Assembly (NCBI GenBank): GCA_964516315.1
Contig: CAZEZI010000001.1
Span: 1 to 57,147, forward strand
Reading direction: 5' to 3'
Length of the DNA: 57,147 nucleotides
DNA from: an uncultured Thioalkalispiraceae bacterium
GTDB taxonomy: Bacteria > Pseudomonadota > Gammaproteobacteria > UBA6429 > Thiohalophilaceae
A program made the translations under genes and the position numbers. The notes below the pieces were generated by a model, which was given only the letters and a program-made list of their open reading frames with translations, was not told where the DNA came from and did no database searches. This document shows, piece after piece, positions 43,458-51,341 of the stretch. Within the stretch, counting starts at the first letter, position 1. The number at the start of each line of letters is the position of its first letter.

Positions 43458-44764
43458 ACCGTCGATTTGTCATTGAATCGGTTATGGCATGCCAGATCCT
43501 CGATTCCCGCGGCAACCCCACCGTGGAGGTGGAATGCGAACTCGCAGACGGCACTTGCGTCCGCGCCGCTGTGCCTTCCGGGGCCTCGACCGGCAGCCGT
43601 GAGGCGGTGGAGCTGCGCGACGGTGATGCCGAGCACTATCGTGGCAAGGGCGTCCTGCAGGCAGTGGCCAATGTTAATGAGATCATCGCGCCAGCACTTC
43701 AGGGCAGGGATGTGCGCCGGCAGGCTGAAATCGACCAGAGCATGATCGAACTGGATGGCACGCCGAACAAGGCGCGTCTGGGAGCCAACGCGATTCTCGG
43801 TGTCTCATTGGCCGTGGCGCGTGCCGGCGCGGTCGCCAGCGAATTGCCGTTATATCAGTACCTCGGTGGCCCAGGTGCGACGCGTCTGCCGGTACCCCAC
43901 ATGAATATCCTCAACGGTGGCGTGCACGCCCACTGGCAAGGGGCGGACTTTCAGGAATTCATGATTGCGCCCTTTGGCGCAGACAGTTTCAGTCAGGCGC
44001 TGGAGTGGGGCAGTGAGGTCTATCATGCTTTGCAGGCCTTGCTGGAAAAGAAGGGGCTCTCCATTGGTATTGGTGACGAGGGTGGTTTTGTACCGCAAGT
44101 CTCTTCCAACGAAGAGCCCTTTGAGCTAATTGTGAAGGCCATCCACAGTGCGGGCCTGCGGCCGGGACAGGATGTGGGTATCGCCTGCGATCCGGCCTCC
44201 AGTGAATTTTATGAAAACGGCGAGTATCACTTGCGCAGCGAGAACCGCCGCCTGGATTCCGCCGCGATGACCGCCTATTACGCCAGGTTGATCGACTGTT
44301 ACCCGCTGGTGCTGCTGGAAGATGGCATGGCTCAGGATGACTGGGCGGGCTGGAAAATTCATTTCGCGGAACTGGGTGCACGCATCGAGCTGGTGGGCGA
44401 TGATGTGTTCTGCACCAATCCAGAGATTATCGCCCGGGGTATCAAAGACAACATCGCCAACGCCGTGCTCATCAAGCTCAACCAGATCGGCACCCTGACG
44501 GAGACCATCGCCGCCACCCGCCTTGCCCGAAATCACGGTTGGGGCGCTTTTGTTTCGCACCGCTCGGGGGAAACAGTGGACAGCTTTATCGCCGATATGA
44601 CCGTCGCCCTGGACACCGGCCACCTTAAGACCGGGGCACCTGCGCGTGGTGAGCGGGTGGAGAAATACAATCAGTTGCTGCGTATCGAACAGCAACTGGG
44701 AAGGGCGGCCACCTACGCTGGTTCTGGTGCATACGTGCGCAACCCGCAGAGACAAACCCCGTGA
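43454..44764 (+). CDS. eno: Enolase
   Basis: ILDSRGNPTVEVE, GASTGSREA, and the C-terminal SHRSGETVDSFIADM signature. Confidence 0.95.
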   Translation: MNRRFVIESVMACQILDSRGNPTVEVECELADGTCVRAAVPSGASTGSREAVELRDGDAEHYRGKGVLQAVANVNEIIAPALQGRDVRRQAEIDQSMIELDGTPNKARLGANAILGVSLAVARAGAVASELPLYQYLGGPGATRLPVPHMNILNGGVHAHWQGADFQEFMIAPFGADSFSQALEWGSEVYHALQALLEKKGLSIGIGDEGGFVPQVSSNEEPFELIVKAIHSAGLRPGQDVGIACDPASSEFYENGEYHLRSENRRLDSAAMTAYYARLIDCYPLVLLEDGMAQDDWAGWKIHFAELGARIELVGDDVFCTNPEIIARGIKDNIANAVLIKLNQIGTLTETIAATRLARNHGWGAFVSHRSGETVDSFIADMTVALDTGHLKTGAPARGERVEKYNQLLRIEQQLGRAATYAGSGAYVRNPQRQTP

Positions 44765-45444
44765 GCCAGCTGTTTCTGGTCAGGCACGGCGAGTCGATCT
44801 GGAACCTGCAAAACAGGTTCACCGGCTGGGTGGATGTCTCTCTTAGTCCCAAGGGCGTGATTGAAGCTCAGCAGGCGGCGGTATTGCTGACTGAGGAACA
44901 TTTTGATGTCGCCTTTACCTCAATGTTGCTGCGGGCGCAGGATAGCCTGTACGAGATATTAAGGCAGAACCGTCACTGTGCGCAGTATGTGCGCGTGCAT
45001 GAACAGAGCAGTGAATGGTACGAACACTTTATTCCGGCTGAAGGTGATACGAATGAATTAAAAATTCATGTCTCGGAAAAACTCAACGAGCGTTACTACG
45101 GCGATCTGCAAGGTATCAATAAAGACTGGGCTGGCAAGCACTACGGAGCGGAACAGGTACACCTTTGGCGTCGCAGTTATGACGCTCCACCGCCCAACGG
45201 TGAGAGTCTGAAAATGACGGCGGCAAGAACCCTGCCTTATTATCACGAGTGCATTGTTCCGCATCTCCACAATGGTGAGAGCGTACTGATTTCCGCTCAC
45301 GGCAATTCTCTGCGAGCCATCATCATGCACATCGAGCAGATGACATCGCAGCAGATTATTGACTACGAGCTGGCAACAGGCGTGCCCCATTTGTACGTAT
45401 TTGATGATGACCTGCATCTCATCAAAAAACAGATTTTTTTCTAA
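44761..45444 (+). CDS. gpmA: 2,3-bisphosphoglycerate-dependent phosphoglycerate mutase
   Basis: LVRHGESIWNLQNRFTGWVDVSLSPKG and the histidine phosphatase core. The GTG start overlaps the eno stop (GTGA). Confidence 0.9.
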   Translation: MSQLFLVRHGESIWNLQNRFTGWVDVSLSPKGVIEAQQAAVLLTEEHFDVAFTSMLLRAQDSLYEILRQNRHCAQYVRVHEQSSEWYEHFIPAEGDTNELKIHVSEKLNERYYGDLQGINKDWAGKHYGAEQVHLWRRSYDAPPPNGESLKMTAARTLPYYHECIVPHLHNGESVLISAHGNSLRAIIMHIEQMTSQQIIDYELATGVPHLYVFDDDLHLIKKQIFF

Positions 45445-45460
45445 TTCCAAACGAGAGGAA

Positions 45461-46003
45461 ATGACAATGACTGAACAGAGCAATCATTTTGTGGGCGCCG
45501 TGTTTGATAGTTCCGATAATGCTCATGCTGTGGTCGAGGAGATGATTGAGCACGATTTTCCAATGGATCAGGTTTCCATCCTGCACAAAGCAGGCGGGCA
45601 GGGTGATGACTTTCTCGGCATTGCCTATACCAACGAAAAAGAGCGCTTCAAAGTCTGGGGCGTCGAGGGTGCGTTATGGGGTTCGTTGGGCGGGCTGTTG
45701 GCTGGCACCGCTGGACTGTTTTTATTGCCTGGTATTGGATCGGTGCTCATCGCCGGGCCGTTGGTCAATGCCCTCGCTGGTGGTGCTGTCGGTGCAGGTG
45801 TGATGACGACTGGCGCGGTGGCCACTCATCTGAGTATTGCATTGCGTCGCCTGGGGATTCCCGCAGACAAGCTGGAGATACTTCATCAGGCTATTATGGA
45901 TGGCAAGACAGTCCTGTTGATGCACTGTGGCAATGGTGCCCCCGAAGTCTGGCGTCAACGCCTGGCCTGGATCGGGGCGAATCCCGTTTTCACCATGCCA
46001 TGA
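45461..46003 (+). CDS. YflT/general-stress-protein-like protein with a central glycine-zipper segment
   Basis: VGAVFDSSDNAHAVVEEMIEHDFPMDQVSIL, then a Gly-rich hydrophobic region, then GIPADKLEILHQAIMDGKTVLLMH. ATG at 45461 with a GAGAGGA RBS. Confidence 0.6.
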   Translation: MTMTEQSNHFVGAVFDSSDNAHAVVEEMIEHDFPMDQVSILHKAGGQGDDFLGIAYTNEKERFKVWGVEGALWGSLGGLLAGTAGLFLLPGIGSVLIAGPLVNALAGGAVGAGVMTTGAVATHLSIALRRLGIPADKLEILHQAIMDGKTVLLMHCGNGAPEVWRQRLAWIGANPVFTMP

Positions 46004-46063
46004 GCGACCATGACGGTTGTCTTGCTAGTTAAAAACAGTTTCCATCAATAAAAGGAAAATAAA

Positions 46064-46741
46064 ATGAATCGAAAACTAACACACATTGGTAAATCCCTTT
46101 TACGAGTATGCATCCCTTTCCTGGCTCTGTCGTTTAGCTTGCCGGCTGTCGCCGCTGCACCTGTGGCTTCGCCAAAAGCAGGGGAATATTGTCCGGGGTC
46201 GGATATTCTACTGGTTGCTGCGGAAGAACTCTCCGCCAGCCTTGATCTGGTCATGCATTCCAGAGCTGCGGCATTACATAAAAATCAGGTGACGGCGATC
46301 AGTGAACTCACCGCTGTTGGCACGACCTTGCACCTGGTTGCCAGTCGTGGTGCGGCAGCCCGTACCAACCTGCTGATTGACGCCATCATACAGTCCAGGG
46401 TGGGCGAGGATTATGCGCAGATGTTGACATGGTTCCCCTTATTACACACCTCTATGTTGACGCTGTCGGATGATGTAACGGTGAGTGCTGCTGAAGATTG
46501 GGTTGGCGATGCCGAGGACATTTTGCAGGGTAACAAAGACGGGAACTTTGAAAAATCTCTCAAAGAGGCGCGCCATATGCTGGCATGTGACAGCCTTGAT
46601 ATTCCTCTGCAACAGGCGATAGCGGAGCAGGGCAAGCTGCTGGAACAGCTAGGAAAGGGCATAAAAAACGACAGCTACGATGCGCTTCTCGATTCGTTGC
46701 GCAGAGCCTTGGCCTATGTCCTGAAAAACAGCCAGAAGTGA
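46064..46741 (+). CDS. Hypothetical secreted protein
   Basis: Signal peptide (…LALSFSLPAVAAAP) and a predicted all-helical remainder. No family recognised. Confidence 0.55.
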   Translation: MNRKLTHIGKSLLRVCIPFLALSFSLPAVAAAPVASPKAGEYCPGSDILLVAAEELSASLDLVMHSRAAALHKNQVTAISELTAVGTTLHLVASRGAAARTNLLIDAIIQSRVGEDYAQMLTWFPLLHTSMLTLSDDVTVSAAEDWVGDAEDILQGNKDGNFEKSLKEARHMLACDSLDIPLQQAIAEQGKLLEQLGKGIKNDSYDALLDSLRRALAYVLKNSQK

Positions 46742-46842
46742 GCTTCGCTTCAACCTGACAAATTGTTTTAGACACCCATCATCATAGATAAATATGGGAT
46801 AGGTGCAGTTAATGAAATGCCTAAGTAGATAAGGAGTTCATC

Positions 46843-49302
46843 ATGACCGAGGCAACCACAGACACTGAAACGCCAATGCAGGGCCTTAGTTCGGCGCAGG
46901 CCGCGGAACGTCTGGAACAATATGGGCCCAATGCGCTACAGGAGAAAAAAACCTCACCATTGCTGCGCCTGCTAGGTTATTTCTGGGGCCCCATCCCGTG
47001 GATGATTGAGGTGGCGGCCATTCTTTCGGCTGTGGTGCAGCATTGGGCCGATTTCGCGATCATCCTTGCGCTGTTGATTTTTAACGCCGGGGTTGGTTTC
47101 TGGCAGGAGTTCACCGCTGGCAACGCCGTAGAGGCACTGAAAAAGCAATTGGCCCTGAGAGCGAGGGCACTACGCGACGATATATGGCAGGAGATCGACG
47201 CCAAGTTGCTGGTACCGGGGGATGTGATCCGCATTCGTTTGGGGGATGTGATCCCGGCGGATGTGACGTTGATTGTGGGGGGATATCTGAGCGTGGATCA
47301 GTCTGCCCTCACGGGTGAATCCTTGCCTGTCACCAAGCAAGTGGGGGATGAGGCGTACTCCGGTACCGTGGCGAAACAGGGTGAGGTGGTTGCCGAGGTG
47401 AGTGTCACCGGCGGGCAGACCCGATTCGGTAAAACCGCCAGTCTGGTGGAGCAGGCGAAGACCGTTTCCCACTTCCAAAAGGCCGTACTGACCATCGGTG
47501 ACTATCTGATCTATATCAGTCTGGCGCTGGTAGTGATTCTGGTGCTGTTTCAATTACATCGTGGCACAGCGTGGTTGGAGTTGGTGCAGTTTGCGCTGAT
47601 TTTGACCGTGGCCTCCATTCCGGTGGCCATGCCGGCGGTGCTCTCCATGACTATGGCGGTGGGGGCAATGGCGTTGTCCAAACGCAAGGCCATCGTCACC
47701 CGTCTGGAATCGATTGAGGAGATGGCCAGCATGGATGTCCTTTGTTCGGACAAAACCGGCACCCTGACCCAAAATCGCCTGACCCTGGGCCAGGTGGAGC
47801 TGTTTGATGCGGCTAATGAACAGGAGGTCTTGCTGGCAGCGGCGCTGGCCTCCAAAGCCGAAGACAATGATACCATTGACCAAGCGGTGCTGGAGGGACT
47901 AAAGCGCCAGGATCTGCTCAACGCTTACCGCCAGACCGGCTACGTGCCCTTTGACCCGGTGCACAAACGTACTGAAGCCACCATAGTCGATAACCAGGGC
48001 AAGACCTTTCAGGTCACCAAGGGGGCACCCCAGGTGATCATGCAGATGTCCGGCCTCATGGCGGCCGAAAGCCAGCGGGCGCAACAGGTCGTGAATGCTT
48101 TTGCTGAGCAGGGCTATCGTGCTCTGGGCGTGGCGCACAAGGCGCAGGATACGCATCAGTGGCAATTTCTCGGTATCCTCTCGCTGTTCGATCCGCCGCG
48201 GGAGGATTCGGCGCAGACTATTGCCAGTGCCCGGGAATATGGTGTCAACATGAAGATGGTTACCGGCGACAATCAGGCCATTGCCAAACAGATTTCCGCC
48301 AAGCTTGGTCTGGGAACGAATATCCTACCTGCTGATGTACTGGCTTTGGATCAGGATGGCTTCCGGGATGCCGCCGATGGCGAGCGTGTGGAGCAGACCG
48401 ACGGTTTTGCCGAGGTCTTCCCGGAGCACAAATTCGGTATCGTCAAGTTGCTTCAGGGGCGTAACCACATTACCGGCATGACGGGCGACGGCGTCAACGA
48501 CGCCCCCGCCCTGAAACAGGCCGATGTGGGCATCGCCGTTAGCGGTGCCACTGATGCGGCACGAGCAGCGGCGGATCTGGTGCTCACCGCTCCCGGCCTG
48601 TCGGTGATAATTAATGCCATTGAGGAGGCTCGACGTATTTTTGAACGCATGAACGCCTACGCCATTTATCGTATCAGCGAAACCATCCGCATCATGTTCT
48701 TTGTGGTGTTGACGATGATATTTTTTGACTTCTATCCCATCACGGCGATCATGATCATTTTGCTCGCCTTCTTCAACGACGTGCCGATCATGGCCATCGC
48801 CTATGACCACACCGAACTGGAGAAAAAACCGGTGCGCTGGAACATGCGTCAGGTCATCACCGTGGCCACCGCCATGGGCATTGTAGGCGTGGTGGGCAGT
48901 TTCGGCATGTTACTGATCGCTATGGACTGGCTGAAACTTGATGTGGCACATATCCAGACCTATGTCTTCCTGAAAATGGCCGTGGCCGGTCACCTGGTGC
49001 TGTTCGTGGCGCGCACCAAAGGGTACTTTTGGAAACAACCCCGCCCCGCCCCCATCATGGTCTGGTCGGCGTTGATTACCAAACTGGCAGCCACTGTGCT
49101 GGCGGCTTATGGTTTTGGTCTTATTACGCCTATCAGTTGGCCAGAAATCGCCCTTATCTGGGGCTATTCTATTACTTCGGCTCTGGTGACTGACCTGGTC
49201 AAGGTTCAGGTTTATCGCCATCTGCATCATCGCACAGTGAGGCATGAAGGATTTCTTGCCCGTGTGCATCAACCGCTGCATGACTTTGGCCAAAAAAAAT
49301 AG
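46843..49302 (+). CDS. P-type ATPase, type IIIA (plasma-membrane H+-ATPase-like)
   Basis: DKTGTLT, MVTGDN and GDGVNDAPALKQADVGIAV. The N-terminal half is collinear with plant and fungal H+-ATPases (…YGPNALQEKK…LVPGDVIRIRLGDVIPAD…VDQSALTGESLPVTK…VSHFQK…). AAGGAG RBS. Confidence 0.9.
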   Translation: MTEATTDTETPMQGLSSAQAAERLEQYGPNALQEKKTSPLLRLLGYFWGPIPWMIEVAAILSAVVQHWADFAIILALLIFNAGVGFWQEFTAGNAVEALKKQLALRARALRDDIWQEIDAKLLVPGDVIRIRLGDVIPADVTLIVGGYLSVDQSALTGESLPVTKQVGDEAYSGTVAKQGEVVAEVSVTGGQTRFGKTASLVEQAKTVSHFQKAVLTIGDYLIYISLALVVILVLFQLHRGTAWLELVQFALILTVASIPVAMPAVLSMTMAVGAMALSKRKAIVTRLESIEEMASMDVLCSDKTGTLTQNRLTLGQVELFDAANEQEVLLAAALASKAEDNDTIDQAVLEGLKRQDLLNAYRQTGYVPFDPVHKRTEATIVDNQGKTFQVTKGAPQVIMQMSGLMAAESQRAQQVVNAFAEQGYRALGVAHKAQDTHQWQFLGILSLFDPPREDSAQTIASAREYGVNMKMVTGDNQAIAKQISAKLGLGTNILPADVLALDQDGFRDAADGERVEQTDGFAEVFPEHKFGIVKLLQGRNHITGMTGDGVNDAPALKQADVGIAVSGATDAARAAADLVLTAPGLSVIINAIEEARRIFERMNAYAIYRISETIRIMFFVVLTMIFFDFYPITAIMIILLAFFNDVPIMAIAYDHTELEKKPVRWNMRQVITVATAMGIVGVVGSFGMLLIAMDWLKLDVAHIQTYVFLKMAVAGHLVLFVARTKGYFWKQPRPAPIMVWSALITKLAATVLAAYGFGLITPISWPEIALIWGYSITSALVTDLVKVQVYRHLHHRTVRHEGFLARVHQPLHDFGQKK

Positions 49303-49316
49303 TGGGAGGTATCGAC

Positions 49317-50297
49317 ATGTTCCGTAGTGTTGTTTTGCTATTGAAATTTCGCCAATGCTTGGCAGACCGGATATTGCTGCCAGCGTTACTATTGATGCTG
49401 TTCGGGATTTTCCTGGCACCGGGTCATACTGCACCGGTCTCTGAAACGATGTTACCGCCCACCGGGCGTGTGGTGGTGACAGGTTCCATTGCTCTGGCGA
49501 ATCTGACCAACCAGTGGGTGGATGACTTGACCAGCCGCAATCCGGCTATTTCTATCACCGTTGCTGATCCGGGTGGTGCGGTGGGCATCGAGGCGCTGCT
49601 CAATGGTAGTGCCGATGTGGTGCTTGCCAGCAGACTCCTGAGTCAGTTGCAGATGCAGCGATTTACAGATCGTTTTGGCTATGCACCTGCTGTTGTTCCT
49701 GTTGCCATGGATGGCGTGGCAGTGTATGTCAATATCCTTAACCCGCTACGGCAGATTACCCTTACCCAGCTCGATGCCATTTACTCCACAACGCTACGCT
49801 GTGGTGCCAGCCGGCCCCTACGCAATTGGGGAGAGTTGGGCGTAAAGGGTCAGCTGGGCAATGAATCCATTGCGGCACTGGGGCTGACGGCTGCCAGTGG
49901 TGCCTATCTGATGTTCAAACACGTCGTCCTGTGTGATGGTGACTTCCGCGCCGACTTTCAGGCGCTGGTCGGCCCTGCCGCTGTGGAGGCGGCTCTGGCC
50001 GACAATGTTGCCGCTATCGGTTTTTCCAGCAGCGCACTGCGTTCGGCGGACATCCTACCACTGGCAGTTGCCAAGCGAGAGGGGCAAAGGGCTATTGCGC
50101 CTGGCGTTGAATCAATCCAGGCTCGGCGATATCCCCTTACCCGTGTTCTTGCTGTTATTCTCAATATTCCTCCTGGTGGCAATGCCGCACCAGCTGTGCA
50201 GGCCTTTCTTAATTACGCCCGCTCGGCAGCGGGGCAAGAAGTGGCGGCGAAGGCTGGTTATGTCCCTTTGCCTATCGCCGCTGAAGGTTGGCCATGA
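49317..50297 (+). CDS. PstS-family (phosphate-binding-protein-like) periplasmic protein
   Basis: A signal/TM segment, then VVVTGSIALANLTNQWVDDL…VADPGGAVGIEALLNGSADVVLASR, typical of PBP_like_2. ATG at 49317 with GGGAGG 7 nt upstream, directly after the ATPase stop. Confidence 0.65.
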   Translation: MFRSVVLLLKFRQCLADRILLPALLLMLFGIFLAPGHTAPVSETMLPPTGRVVVTGSIALANLTNQWVDDLTSRNPAISITVADPGGAVGIEALLNGSADVVLASRLLSQLQMQRFTDRFGYAPAVVPVAMDGVAVYVNILNPLRQITLTQLDAIYSTTLRCGASRPLRNWGELGVKGQLGNESIAALGLTAASGAYLMFKHVVLCDGDFRADFQALVGPAAVEAALADNVAAIGFSSSALRSADILPLAVAKREGQRAIAPGVESIQARRYPLTRVLAVILNIPPGGNAAPAVQAFLNYARSAAGQEVAAKAGYVPLPIAAEGWP

Positions 50298-50349
50298 GTA
50301 AAAACAAAGACCGCTGGCAGTTTCTTAATTAAGCAGGAGTATCCCTCCT

Positions 50350-50618
50350 TTAAGGCTGTTTGCCCATCATCCTGCCGGGGGCAGGTTTGCTTTGACCAGC
50401 CCCTTCTCGCGAATCTTCCGCATCGGCTGTGATAAGGCTTGCACCCAGACAAGTTTGGTGAAACCTGTATAGCATCTCAATATGGCGTGCCTCTGCATCA
50501 TGAATGTTAATGAATGGGCGAACTGTATCAAAGTCTTCGATAACCTGATTGTAAGTTACTATTCATCATCTAATGCTTCATGCAAGGTATTAGACTCTGC
50601 TTCATTCAATATCGTCAT
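50350..50618 (-). pseudogene. Possible frameshifted remnant of a ferritin-like (DUF2202-like) gene
   Basis: ATG at 50618 gives MTILNEAESNTLHEALDDE followed by TAG TAA. The adjacent frame continues …TYNQVIEDFDTVRPFINIHDAEARHIEMLYRF…. The combined pattern L..ALDDEY…Y..VI.DF….PF.NI..AE.RHI resembles ferritin-like DUF2202 proteins from memory. Similarity is lost after about 60 aa. Confidence 0.3.
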
Positions 50619-50736
50619 GTTAGATCTCGGTTAGCCAGGAGGGGGAATCTACTTCATACACGAATGGTGAAAAAACGGATTTCAGCATTGCATGCCTGAT
50701 GGTTTTACGAAAATAGCACAGGGGGTGTTTGAGAAG

Positions 50737-50752
50737 TGTAACTTAGGTAGCA
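50737..50752 (+). promoter_or_regulatory. Orphan cis-element-like site (TGTAACTTAGGTAGCA)
   Basis: It shares AACTTAGGT with copy C and TGTAAC with the 40932 site. It lies in the non-coding stretch between the island and tRNA-Leu. Confidence 0.3.
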
Positions 50753-51112
50753 GTGAGGTGGATTGATTTATATTTAACTATGAAGGTTCGTCCTGAACGA
50801 TGGGGCACATAATTGAAGTCATGAAAAAGTGTTGTTTGCAGTTCAGTTGTGGTTTCTGCGACATTGATTTGTCATTGCTCTAAAGGGTGAAACTGGTGCA
50901 TAAGATTAGCATTTGTTTTGTTGCTTGAACAAGGGCGAAAAGTGGTGGTGTGTTTGAGATTTTAAAGGGTCTGGGGCATAGCTTCACGCTCCACAAACGG
51001 GACAATCGTGGACAACGTCAAACAATATTAAGAGTATGTCAGGGCTGGTTGAAAACTATTACAAATACAGTAGGGTGTGTGGTTTATAGTCGCTTGGGGG
51101 ATAGGGAAATGC

Positions 51113-51196
51113 TGCCGAGAAGAGGACTTGAACCTCCACGGGGTTGCCCCCACATGCACCTGAAGCATGCGTGTCTACCAATTCCACCACCTCGGC
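51113..51196 (-). tRNA. tRNA-Leu (anticodon CAG), type II with long variable arm, no encoded CCA
   Basis: The reverse complement is GCCGAGGTGGTGGAATTGGTAGACACGCATGCTTCAGGTGCATGTGGGGGCAACCCCGTGGAGGTTCAAGTCCTCTTCTCGGCA. It folds into a 7-bp acceptor stem, an anticodon stem CATGC/GCATG with loop TTCAGGT, a variable arm, and a T arm GGAGG-TTCAAGT-CCTCT. Confidence 0.93.
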
Positions 51197-51341
51197 GTTT
51201 AAGCGGGGTAGACTTTACTAACAAGTGAATTAACTGTCAATTTAATATGAGATCATTGTTTGGGTGCGAAATCAGCGCGCTTGAATGAAATTCAGGTTAA
51301 ACTACACTCCTTAATTATAAGGTAACCACATAGTTCAGAGA

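Noticed and set aside
50950-51228. A 92-aa plus-strand ORF
   Set aside because: Its 3' part is the antisense of tRNA-Leu (…LEPPRGCPHMHLKHACLPIPPPR…), so it is an artefact of the tRNA sequence.
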